Both the position numbers and the translations under genes were made by a program. From positions 1 through 59,148 of the IMG/VR virus record IMGVR_UViG_3300005512_000034: DNA of 59,148 bases; one strand, 5' to 3'. Below the pieces are notes generated by a model. That model did not search any database, was not told the DNA's origin, and saw only the letters and a program-made list of their open reading frames with translations. The stretch comes from a virus (lineage: Duplodnaviria; Caudoviricetes). Positions 27,128 through 35,315 of this stretch are shown here, one piece after another; position 1 is the first letter of the stretch, and each line of letters starts with the position of its first letter.

Positions 27128-28369
27128 TCACTGCTTGAGGGGATGCACGATCAGGTTCGGCCACGCCCAGAAGTAGTCGGCCGAGGGCTGGCGCTTGAAC
27201 ACGCGGGCGCTGCCTTGGGCGCCGAACTTGGTGTACTTGCTGACCCGGCTCGACGCGGTCGGGTCCTCGATGAGGTAGACCCCCTCAGGGTCCACGTCGA
27301 AGTCGTCGATCGTGTTCGCGCCGGTGCCCGGGACGTACTTGAAGATCGGCCCGTCCAGGTTGGGCGTGTACACGTCGATCCGGTCGAGGGCGGGGTCGCT
27401 CGCGTAGACGTAGTGCAGGTCGGCGCGCAGCTGCGAGACCGGGTTCGCCCGAGTGACCTGCGTCTGCACGGCGCCCGTGTACGTGTTGATCTGAAAGAGC
27501 TCGTGCGTGCCGGTGGTGTCCCCGCTCGCATAGAGCCAGTCGCCGTTGTACGCGAGGAACAGGTCGCCCGCGCCCGGGGTGAGGCCCGCGGGGGCCACGT
27601 CCCAGACCCAGGTGAAGCCCGAGGTGCCGAGGCCGCCCTCGTTGGCCAGGTCCGATCCGCTGACTGCCTCGATGCAGCGGATCGTCGCCCCGCTGGCGTG
27701 CCCGCTCGCCGCTCCGATCAGGAAGCACTGCTCGCCGTTGCTGTACAGGCGGCGGACGGCGGCGTTGTGGTTGTACGGACCCCACTCGGCCGCGCCGGTG
27801 TTGGCGACCAGGCTGTAGGCGTTGTTGCCCGAGGAGCACAGCACGCGCTGACCGTCGCAGTGGAGCGGGCGGTAGGCGACCGCGACGTTCCACTCCTGCG
27901 AGAGGTCCGACAGCAGGTAGGACCGGACGAAGGTCGCGGCGTCGCTGTAGATGACCCGCACGCCGTCGGTGCATCGGATCGTACCGGTCGTGCCGGTCGT
28001 GATGGTGCCGACCAGGGTCATGTCGCTGGTCTTCAGGATGTAGATCGCGGTCCCGGTCGTGTCCTGCGTGATCACGTACTGGCCGGTCGTCAGGACCGCG
28101 GTGCGCCCGCTGGTGTTGAACGCCTTTGCGGTGGCTGGCGCTACCGTCGTGTCCAGCGTCGGGATCTGCGCCTGCTGCCCGTCGGCCATGCGGTTCGCGG
28201 CGTCGTGGCACGACAGGAACAGCAGATCGCGGTGACCGAGTAGGTAGTTCAGTTCGGCGTTCGTCATGATCGCGCCACCCATGAAGCCGGGCGACTCGAT
28301 GCCGAGCGCGGGCTGCTGGATGTCGGACGCGACCGCGTCGTAGGCGAAGGAAATCTCGGAGCCAGCCAT
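27128..28369 (-). CDS. Putative tail fibre/receptor-binding protein with beta-propeller-like repeats
   Basis: Follows baseplate wedge genes; repeated DG.RV/W beta units. Confidence 0.65.
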   Translation of the reverse strand: MAGSEISFAYDAVASDIQQPALGIESPGFMGGAIMTNAELNYLLGHRDLLFLSCHDAANRMADGQQAQIPTLDTTVAPATAKAFNTSGRTAVLTTGQYVITQDTTGTAIYILKTSDMTLVGTITTGTTGTIRCTDGVRVIYSDAATFVRSYLLSDLSQEWNVAVAYRPLHCDGQRVLCSSGNNAYSLVANTGAAEWGPYNHNAAVRRLYSNGEQCFLIGAASGHASGATIRCIEAVSGSDLANEGGLGTSGFTWVWDVAPAGLTPGAGDLFLAYNGDWLYASGDTTGTHELFQINTYTGAVQTQVTRANPVSQLRADLHYVYASDPALDRIDVYTPNLDGPIFKYVPGTGANTIDDFDVDPEGVYLIEDPTASSRVSKYTKFGAQGSARVFKRQPSADYFWAWPNLIVHPLKQ

Positions 28370-28372
28370 GGA

Positions 28373-28975
28373 TCAAACCTCTCGGGCAATGCGGCCGAGC
28401 CCGACCCCGGAGGGGCCGAAGTCAGCGAAGGGGGACGGGGCGAGCCCGCTGGGATCGGCGACGCCGTCGAAGCCCACAGGGGCCTCCACGATGCGCGCGT
28501 AGACCCCGGCAGGGCTCCCGCTCTGGAACATGCGCCGGACCTCGGCGCGGCGCGTCTCGCGCATCAGCGACGGGCGCAGGGCGTAGATCGTGAACGCAGC
28601 GGGGAACAGGTCCCGATACCAGACCTTGATCGGGTCCATGGTGTGCTGCGCCATCAGGATCATCTCGTCGGGGTGGCCCTGGCCGATGTTGTGGATCACC
28701 CGGGCCGCGATGAAGCCCCGGTACTCGGCGTCGCTGAAGTCGAGCCGCTGCTGGCCGACGATCTCGCCCCACTGGTCGAGGCTCTTGCCGGTGGCCAGGC
28801 CGAACGCGGTCCCGGTCAGGACCTCCCAGCCGAGGTCCTCCATGACCTGGAGCCCGCCCTCGGAGAGCCCGCGGATCAGCGCCTGAAAGTTCGGCTTGTT
28901 GCGAAACTGCGAGTAGAGCCGCCCCAGCGCGGTGTCGTTGCGGGACGGGTTGTAGACGTATGGCCAGTCGCTCAT
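28373..28975 (-). CDS. Baseplate wedge protein (DUF2612-like)
   Basis: LYSQFRNKPNF, ATGKSLDQWGEIVGQ.R, DAEYR. Confidence 0.8.
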   Translation of the reverse strand: MSDWPYVYNPSRNDTALGRLYSQFRNKPNFQALIRGLSEGGLQVMEDLGWEVLTGTAFGLATGKSLDQWGEIVGQQRLDFSDAEYRGFIAARVIHNIGQGHPDEMILMAQHTMDPIKVWYRDLFPAAFTIYALRPSLMRETRRAEVRRMFQSGSPAGVYARIVEAPVGFDGVADPSGLAPSPFADFGPSGVGLGRIAREV

Positions 28976-29049
28976 GCCCGCAGCCTATCCGATCGTGGGT
29001 GATCGTCTGCTTGCACTTCCTGTTGGACCTGCTACTATGACGGGGTAGC
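28976..29049. promoter_or_regulatory. Back-to-back promoters: leaderless (minus) and cassette/operator (plus)
   Basis: Minus GATCGGA-TAGGCT-N6-ATG; plus GATC-N6-TTGCAC-16-TACTAT, palindrome 29031-29049. Confidence 0.85.
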
Positions 29050-29075
29050 GAGACACCGACCAACCGGAGCCGACC

Positions 29076-29273
29076 ATGACCATGACCACCAAGATCCACG
29101 CCCTCTCCACCGTCGCTCACTCGATGGGCACCGACCTTACCTCCATGCGGGCGGACGGTCGCCGCCTGTTCTGGTGCGCCTGCACCGGCGGCGAGCATAG
29201 GGTTCGCGAGGTCAACACCTCAAGCGCGTGGTCGGTTGACCTCGTGACCGGCTCGGTGCGGGTGCTGTCGTGA
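29076..29273 (+). CDS. Small hypothetical protein
   Basis: Motif promoter, GGAG RBS. Confidence 0.65.
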   Translation: MTMTTKIHALSTVAHSMGTDLTSMRADGRRLFWCACTGGEHRVREVNTSSAWSVDLVTGSVRVLS

Positions 29274-29479
29274 GGCCGCCCGCCTTTGGCGTCCGTCCGA
29301 GCGTTGGCGCCTGGGTCGGCGTTGAGTTGGCCGAGGGTTCGGAGGTCGCAGTCTTGACGGCGCGTCACCGTAGTCCTGCCGCTGCCAGGCGTGCGCTGCG
29401 GCGAGTGTTGGGCGGCTATGTGGAAGGCGGCATCTTGGCGGCTGTTCCAAGGTCGCTGCCCGTTGTGGCTTACCCGTGA
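29270..29479 (+). CDS. Hypothetical protein
   Basis: GTGA coupling on both ends. Confidence 0.5.
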   Translation: MRPPAFGVRPSVGAWVGVELAEGSEVAVLTARHRSPAAARRALRRVLGGYVEGGILAAVPRSLPVVAYP

Positions 29480-29952
29480 ATGTGGCGCTTGCCAACGGGA
29501 GCATCAGCGCCGGACTACGCGCCAGGCTTCGCACGCTTGCTCGCGCAGCCCGCCGGTGTGGGTGGGAGATCCTGGATGTCGATATCGACGTGGCGAGTCG
29601 CCACGTAAGCATAGACCTCATCCGAGGCCCGCTGAATGCACCAGATCGGAGGCTGGTTATCCGTGGAACGTGGGACCTGGCGCACCTGGAGCGCTTCACC
29701 TACAACCGCGGCCACGAGCCCAGGGGGCGACGTGGTGATCGCTACATGGCCGCGACTTGCACCCCCGTCTTCCTGGGGCGTCAAAGTGGGCACTTGCGCG
29801 ATGTCTTGGGACTGCTCGGCCGCTACATCGAGGACAATCAGGCGACGGTGATCGTACCCGCCGTCGCCACAGCGGTCGCGTCCACCGCGGTGTCGGTCGC
29901 GGGGACCAGGGTCACGCCGACCACGCCGTCCACGCCGCCGATCGCGGTCTGA
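29476..29952 (+). CDS. Hypothetical protein, 3' end runs antisense into baseplate J
   Basis: GTGA coupling; atypical codon usage. Confidence 0.5.
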   Translation: MNVALANGSISAGLRARLRTLARAARRCGWEILDVDIDVASRHVSIDLIRGPLNAPDRRLVIRGTWDLAHLERFTYNRGHEPRGRRGDRYMAATCTPVFLGRQSGHLRDVLGLLGRYIEDNQATVIVPAVATAVASTAVSVAGTRVTPTTPSTPPIAV

Positions 29953-30992
29953 AGCGCCAGCACGCGCAGGTCCTCGCCCACGCCGAGCCCGGTGAACACG
30001 CCGGTGATCGCCGCCTCGACTGCGGCGGACACGTCCGCGAGGACGTACCCGGTGGCCAGCACGACCGTCGCGGTGACGTTGACCGGGGTCGCCGTCGCCC
30101 AATCCCAGCGCACGGTGCGCGAGGACCCTGCAACGTCGGTGACCGTCTTCTCGACATCGGTCCCCATCTGCTTGATCCCCGCGGTCGCGCCCGTGTAGAG
30201 CGTCTGCGCGACGGTGTCCTGCTGCGCCGAGGTCAGCGTCGAGGGGTAGATCACGACCGCGATGCTGTTGGGCTCCAGGAGCTTCCCTTCGATGGTCTCT
30301 GGGACCCGGCTCGCGTTCTGGAGCACGATGCAGGCGAGCACGCCCTCGACGGCCAGCACCGCAGAGCGGATGGCGCCGGGGCTGTTCTTGCCGGGCTTCT
30401 GCAACTCGGTCGCGATGCGCCCGCGCAAGGCCGCGTCGGTCTCCTCGTCGCGCCCAGGGGTCGCGGCTGCGGCGTTGCTGACGGTGCTCCAGCCGGTGCG
30501 CGTGGTCACGATCTTGTCGATGGCGGCTGCGTCCGCGGTGATGGACCCAGCGTCGACGCAGGTGACGACGACGGTGTCCGAGCCCGCGCCGGTGAAGGTC
30601 TTGGACTCGCTGATCTCCCAGCGCTGGCGGTCGTCGGCCCCGCCGCCCTCGACTAAGTCGCCCTGGTGGATGACCGTCGCCTCGGTCACGGTCAGCGTGA
30701 CGGTCGCCGAGGACTTCGACGCAGCCAGGCGGGTCACGCCGACCAGGGCTGCGAGCCCGTCGAGCGGGACGCCCACGGCGTTGCTCCGGTCGCGCTGGTC
30801 GTAGGTCGCCTGCTGCGTGTCGGACAGGTCGCCAAGCTCAGCGGCGAGCGCAGCGACGAGGGACGACGTGACCACGTCGCTGGTCCAGTCGATGGTCACG
30901 CCGAGCGCCGTCTCGATGCGCGACCGCATGGACGCGACGAAGTCCGCGGTGCGAGGGACAGCCAGGCCGGTCGAGGTCAGGTAGGACGCCAT
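29838..30992 (-). CDS. Baseplate J/gp47-family protein
   Basis: AVGVPLDGLAALVGVTR, GRDEETDAALRGR, AIRSAVLAVEGV. Confidence 0.9.
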   Translation of the reverse strand: MASYLTSTGLAVPRTADFVASMRSRIETALGVTIDWTSDVVTSSLVAALAAELGDLSDTQQATYDQRDRSNAVGVPLDGLAALVGVTRLAASKSSATVTLTVTEATVIHQGDLVEGGGADDRQRWEISESKTFTGAGSDTVVVTCVDAGSITADAAAIDKIVTTRTGWSTVSNAAAATPGRDEETDAALRGRIATELQKPGKNSPGAIRSAVLAVEGVLACIVLQNASRVPETIEGKLLEPNSIAVVIYPSTLTSAQQDTVAQTLYTGATAGIKQMGTDVEKTVTDVAGSSRTVRWDWATATPVNVTATVVLATGYVLADVSAAVEAAITGVFTGLGVGEDLRVLALQTAIGGVDGVVGVTLVPATDTAVDATAVATAGTITVA

Positions 30993-31067
30993 GCGCGCAG
31001 CCTATCCGATCAGTGGGCGATCGTTTGCTTGCATCCTGCGGCCATAGTGCTACTATGAGTGTGTAGC
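30993..31067. promoter_or_regulatory. Back-to-back promoters: leaderless (minus) and cassette/operator (plus)
   Basis: Minus GATCGGA-TAGGCT-N6-ATG; plus GATC-N6-TTGCAT-16-TACTAT, palindrome 31049-31067. Confidence 0.85.
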
Positions 31068-31089
31068 GAGACACCAACCGGGAGCCAAC

Positions 31090-31359
31090 ATGACCAGCGA
31101 CCTCAACCCCATCTTCCACGTCAACACCATCAGCGCTGGACGCCGCAACACGCGGCAGTCGGTGCATGACCTTGTTCGCGCGGGCTTGGTTTGGACCGGG
31201 GCGCAACACAGCGCCCTCGCGTCTACCCCGACCCGGGCGATTCAGGCCCGCCTGGGGCGCTTGCCCGGTTGTGTGCCCCCCTCCATGTCCGAACGCACGC
31301 TCGCGGAGTGGCGCATCGTGCCTGGGGCGCACCCTCTCAGCCCTACAACGGAGCGATAG
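31090..31359 (+). CDS. Hypothetical protein
   Basis: Motif promoter, GGAG RBS. Confidence 0.65.
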   Translation: MTSDLNPIFHVNTISAGRRNTRQSVHDLVRAGLVWTGAQHSALASTPTRAIQARLGRLPGCVPPSMSERTLAEWRIVPGAHPLSPTTER

Positions 31360-31768
31360 GCCCGCTTCGGCTGAACCAGTACCACTGCGGTGCCTGGTTC
31401 AGCGCGCGCCCGTCGCGGGGCTTCGTGCCGATCTCCAGTTCGCCCTCGTCGGTCAGCACCGTGACGGTGATCGCCAGCGTCTCGGTCGCCGCGGTGAAGG
31501 TCGCCTGGTAGTCCGAGATGGACTGCACGCCGCGCACGCCCAGGATCGTCGAGCGGATGCCCGCCGAGATGGACGACAACGGCGGCGGCTTGATCTGCAT
31601 CCAGTCGAGCCAGGGCACGCCCTCGCGGGTGTCGAGCAGGTACTCGCCGACGTGCAGTTGCAGCGCGACCTGGATCCGCTGCCCGATCAGTTCGAGCCCG
31701 GTGATCAGGCGGGGCTGGAGGGGCCAGTCTCCATCGGTGGTCAGGCCCACGTCGGCATAGGTCGGCAT
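31343..31768 (-). CDS. Baseplate wedge / sheath initiator (gp25-like)
   Basis: QRIQVAL...GEYLLDTREGVPW...IRSTILGVRGV; leaderless TAGACT-N6-ATG. Confidence 0.8.
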   Translation of the reverse strand: MPTYADVGLTTDGDWPLQPRLITGLELIGQRIQVALQLHVGEYLLDTREGVPWLDWMQIKPPPLSSISAGIRSTILGVRGVQSISDYQATFTAATETLAITVTVLTDEGELEIGTKPRDGRALNQAPQWYWFSRSGPIAPL

Positions 31769-31784
31769 GCGGGCAGTCTATCCC

Positions 31785-32048
31785 CTACGTGATCTCGCCG
31801 CCCGACGCGGTGATGTTGGTCGGCGCGTCGCCGGCGTCGTCGGTCCCGCCGAAGTCGCCCGCGCTGAACCCGACCTCGGCGTCGTCGAGCATGTCGCGGA
31901 TCATCGCCTCGATCGCGTCGAAGATGGGCTCCGCGTTGGCGTCGAACTCGGCGCCGTCGAAGTCGCCCCCGTGCAGGGTGGCCATGGCGGCCTTGGCGGC
32001 TGCGCGCGCGATGTCGGCGTAGTGGTTGGTCGTGCCGTTGAGTGCCAT
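31785..32048 (-). CDS. Small baseplate-region protein
   Basis: Between spike and gp25-like genes. Confidence 0.65.
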   Translation of the reverse strand: MALNGTTNHYADIARAAAKAAMATLHGGDFDGAEFDANAEPIFDAIEAMIRDMLDDAEVGFSAGDFGGTDDAGDAPTNITASGGEIT

Positions 32049-32052
32049 GCCG

Positions 32053-32730
32053 CTACTCCGCTTTCACCCGCGTCGCTGCGAAGTCGCTCGACGTGGTGCT
32101 GGTTGGGTTGACCTGCGGGACCGCAGAGGGGGATGTGGGCGCGCCCAGGTTGCCCGTGTGGACGTGCGCGTTGAACACTGTCACCATGGCTTGGACCTGG
32201 GTGATCAGCGTGTTGAGCCGGGTGCTGGTCTTCTGCGCGAGGGCGACGAACTCCGACGCAGCTGACGACCCGAGGAGCACCGAGAGCCCCTCGACGACCA
32301 GCGCGGAGCCGTCCCGGCCAGACGACGGCACCGGGCCCGCGACCGCCACCGGGAGCACAACCGAGTCGCGCAGGTCGAAGCGCCGGAGGTCCTGCGGGGT
32401 CGCGTCGCTGCTGGGCTTGTCCAGGTACTCGTCGAGCGAGCGCTCCGCGACCAGCAGTAGGCACTCGTCGCCGACCGCCAGCGGGAACGTGAGCGCGTAG
32501 CCCGACGCCATCGGGAACATGACGGGGCGCGAGGCGATGGGGAGGTGCTGCTCCTGGACCACCTTGCCCGAGGCGTCCCGGTAGGCGTGGCGGATCGCGA
32601 TCTGCACGGTCGCGCGCTGCGTGGCGTGGTCGTAGGCGGTGATGATCGCCGGGATCGCCGTGCGCACCCTGGCCACCTCGGACCGGGCGAGCGCCTTCGT
32701 AGCGCCGAACTCGTCGAGCGGGTCGGACAT
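32053..32730 (-). CDS. Baseplate spike, Gp138-like N-terminal domain
   Basis: RTAIPAII..YD, PVMFP...LTFPLAVGDECLL..AERSLD, RRFDLRD, C-terminal HVH. Confidence 0.85.
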   Translation of the reverse strand: MSDPLDEFGATKALARSEVARVRTAIPAIITAYDHATQRATVQIAIRHAYRDASGKVVQEQHLPIASRPVMFPMASGYALTFPLAVGDECLLLVAERSLDEYLDKPSSDATPQDLRRFDLRDSVVLPVAVAGPVPSSGRDGSALVVEGLSVLLGSSAASEFVALAQKTSTRLNTLITQVQAMVTVFNAHVHTGNLGAPTSPSAVPQVNPTSTTSSDFAATRVKAE

Positions 32731-32756
32731 GGAGCCTCCGCGCGTAGGGTAGCCGC

Positions 32757-32803
32757 TTGCGTGGCTGGAGCGCACGCGCTACCGTTCCGGTGTAGCGAAG
32801 GAG
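32757..32803 (+). promoter_or_regulatory. Cassette promoter with operator
   Basis: TTGCGT-17-TACCGT; palindrome 32778-32796; AAGGAG. Confidence 0.8.
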
Positions 32804-32807
32804 CAGC

Positions 32808-33401
32808 ATGAACCGCAGCGACACCGAGTCCGGCGCCGTCTTCTGGCCCCGCGACGACGAGAGCGCCGCCTACCGCCCGCGCTTGTGGCGCACCTGGGAC
32901 GCCCCCAAGCCCCGGGTCGCCTTCGTCGGGCTCAACCCCAGCACCGCGACCGCGGACGCCCTGGACCCCACTGTGCGGCGCTGCGTGAACTACGCGAAGG
33001 CGTGGGGCTTCGGCGGAATGGAGATGCTCAACCTCTGGGCGATCCGCTCGACCGACCCGGCCGGCTTGTGGGCGGAACTCCGCGCTGGCGGCGACGCTGG
33101 AGCAGCCGCGCAGGACGACGGGATCCGCGAGGCGCTCTCGGAGCGCGTGACGCTGGTCGTGTTCGCCTCGGGGCCAGGGTCGAAGGGCAAGGCCGAGGAC
33201 CGCAGGCGGCTCGGCGCGCGCCGGCGCGAGGTCTGGGAACTGGTCCACGCGGCTGGCGTCCAGGCGTCGGCGCTGGTGCTGACCTCGGACGGGTCGCCGG
33301 GGCACCCTCTGTACCTCAAGAAGACGCTCGTGCCGCGCGCGTGGAAGCCGGGGGAATCGGGCCTGGCGTTGCCGGTTCAGTTGCCTTGCAAGGCCGCCTG
33401 A
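32808..33401 (+). CDS. DUF1643 family protein
   Basis: YR..LWR.W, FVGLNPSTA...DPTVRRC, NLWAIRSTDP, GSPGHPLY. Confidence 0.88.
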   Translation: MNRSDTESGAVFWPRDDESAAYRPRLWRTWDAPKPRVAFVGLNPSTATADALDPTVRRCVNYAKAWGFGGMEMLNLWAIRSTDPAGLWAELRAGGDAGAAAQDDGIREALSERVTLVVFASGPGSKGKAEDRRRLGARRREVWELVHAAGVQASALVLTSDGSPGHPLYLKKTLVPRAWKPGESGLALPVQLPCKAA

Positions 33402-34205
33402 TCACCCGACCGGGTGCCCCTCCGCGATGACGTACCAGGGCGTCGCGTGGGTGTCGCCCTGGAAGCGCACGGTGTCCGCGATGTAGGTCCCCGACAGCCG
33501 CTCCGCTTCGACGGTGTAGCGGTTGCCGGGGCGCAGCTGCGGGACGATCAAGCCGGTCACCTCGACCCCGTTCGCCAACTTCGCCGGCTCGCCGATCAGG
33601 TTCCGCGTGCGGCTGCTGAACTGCACGATCGCCTCGGTCGTCGCGCCGCCCTGCTCGACCAGGACGAAGGCGCCGTCTCGGATCATCCAGTCCGACGAGG
33701 TCGAGTCGGCGAGTCGGTCCAGCAGGTCCCGGGCGGGCCCGTCGAAGTAGAACCCCTGCGTGAGGCTCGCCGTCAGGTCCGTCCGGACCGAGCCCCGAGG
33801 CAGGCCCAACTGGACCAGGGCCGCGTCGAGCACCTCCTGGAAGGTCACCGACGTGTCCCAATTCAGCGAGACGCGCGCCTCGCGGTAGGTCTTGCCGCCG
33901 TCCTCGACCTCGATGGTCGTGACCCGGTCAGGCCCGCTCCGGCGCGTCACCACGCCGCCCGGGACCGGCGAACCCACGAAGATCGCGTGCGGGGCGTTGT
34001 AGCCGACCAGGAGCCGCACGGTCGTATCGTCGGCCTCCAGCATCCCGAGCGAGTCGCGCGAGAGGTTGTAGACCTCGATCCGGCCCGCGCTGGGCGTGCT
34101 GCCCCGGTGGTGCTCGACCATGAACCGGGTCCGCAGCCCCGAGACGGATCGGCCGACCTGGCCCGAGGGGCCGAACTGGATCGAAGCGGAGCGGCCGAAG
34201 GGCAT
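33402..34205 (-). CDS. Baseplate hub protein
   Basis: IEVYNLS, LLVGY...IFVG, IEVEDG, GDTH..PWY; leaderless TAGGCT-N5-ATG. Confidence 0.8.
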   Translation of the reverse strand: MPFGRSASIQFGPSGQVGRSVSGLRTRFMVEHHRGSTPSAGRIEVYNLSRDSLGMLEADDTTVRLLVGYNAPHAIFVGSPVPGGVVTRRSGPDRVTTIEVEDGGKTYREARVSLNWDTSVTFQEVLDAALVQLGLPRGSVRTDLTASLTQGFYFDGPARDLLDRLADSTSSDWMIRDGAFVLVEQGGATTEAIVQFSSRTRNLIGEPAKLANGVEVTGLIVPQLRPGNRYTVEAERLSGTYIADTVRFQGDTHATPWYVIAEGHPVG

Positions 34206-34227
34206 GGGGCAGCCTATCCGATCGGGC

Positions 34228-34569
34228 TCAGGACACGTACAGCGTCTCGGTCTCCGACGCGGGCAACTCGTCGGTCGGGTAGAACATCAGGAACGTGGTC
34301 ACACCGATGTCCTCGCGCCGGGGCTCCGCGTTGCCCCGCACGTAGATCACGCCCGCGAGCCCGGTGATGCCGTGGCTCTCGAAGGGGGCCCACGACGTGG
34401 TCAGGCGCACGCCCTGCACGATCGGCGTCCCGGTCGAGTCGCCGAGGTCCATGTACCAGGCGGCCAGCCGTTCGCGCCAGACGAAGCGCAGGGTGTACAC
34501 GGCGTCGCCGAGCGTGACCGTGTAGGAGTGCTCGGGCAGGTCGGGGAAGGCGGGCAGGCGGGTCGGCAT
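34228..34569 (-). CDS. Baseplate plug-like protein
   Basis: YTVTLGDAVYTLRFVWRER..AWYMDL. Confidence 0.75.
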   Translation of the reverse strand: MPTRLPAFPDLPEHSYTVTLGDAVYTLRFVWRERLAAWYMDLGDSTGTPIVQGVRLTTSWAPFESHGITGLAGVIYVRGNAEPRREDIGVTTFLMFYPTDELPASETETLYVS

Positions 34570-35150
34570 CAGATCCCCACTACCCTTGCGGCGACGCTTC
34601 GGTCGCGCGGGAGCGTGGCGCGCATGATTGCCTTGTCCTTTGCGGCAGCCTGGGCGTCGTCCACGACCTCGGCGCCTTGCTGCCCGAGGTTCTGCGCGGA
34701 CGCAGCGCCCGGGACCGCCACAACGGCGACCGGGACCTCGACCGTGAGCACCGTCGCGAACTCGACCTGCTGGAGCACCATGTCGAAGACCAGCGCTCGG
34801 GTCTGGCCCTCGTCGTGCGCGTAGGACTGGATCAGCAGGTCGCGCTTGTCGCCGAGCTTCGAGCCCAGCAGGGTCACGGGGCGACCGATGCTCTCGTCCA
34901 GCCAGTCACGCGCAGCCTGGAGCCTGGCGGCCCCCACGAGGGGTACAGCGCCCGCGGCCGGCGTGTAGGGGGTCTCGGTCACCGCGAGGGTCACGAGCAG
35001 CGTGAGCGGCTGCCTGACGGCGTGGTCCACGACGCTGGAGCCGTCCTCGATCGGGTGCTGCGTCAACTGGACCACCGGCCGGTGCCCCACGCGCATCACG
35101 TTGCCGACCAAGGTCGCGCCGTCGTCTTGTCGGAAGAGGACCATCGCCAT
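34569..35150 (-). CDS. Baseplate/tail tube initiator (Dit-like)
   Basis: TQHPIEDGSSVVDHAVRQP; follows tape measure; leaderless TAGGCT-N6-ATG. Confidence 0.8.
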   Translation of the reverse strand: MAMVLFRQDDGATLVGNVMRVGHRPVVQLTQHPIEDGSSVVDHAVRQPLTLLVTLAVTETPYTPAAGAVPLVGAARLQAARDWLDESIGRPVTLLGSKLGDKRDLLIQSYAHDEGQTRALVFDMVLQQVEFATVLTVEVPVAVVAVPGAASAQNLGQQGAEVVDDAQAAAKDKAIMRATLPRDRSVAARVVGI

Positions 35151-35226
35151 GTGCGCAGCCTATCCGATCGCGGGGCGATCACCTGCTTGCAGTCTCTCGC
35201 CGGGTCCGCTACTGTATCCGTGTAGC
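35151..35226. promoter_or_regulatory. Back-to-back promoters: leaderless (minus) and operator promoter without RBS (plus)
   Basis: Plus GATC-N6-TTGCAG-17-TACTGT; palindrome 35208-35226. Confidence 0.8.
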
Positions 35227-35315
35227 GAAGACAACCCCTTGAGTTCCGCCGGGACCTCTCCGTCCTGCAACTCCCCCCCCCCTTCGTTGACGGGGTTGGA
35301 GAGGCCCGGCCTTGC
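35220..35315 (+). ncRNA. Candidate small RNA: long hairpin with C10 loop
   Basis: GCCGGG(A)CCTCTCC 35248-35261 pairs with GGAGAGGCCCGGC 35298-35310; inner CAAC/GTTG; loop TC10TTC; no RBS/ATG. Confidence 0.45.
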
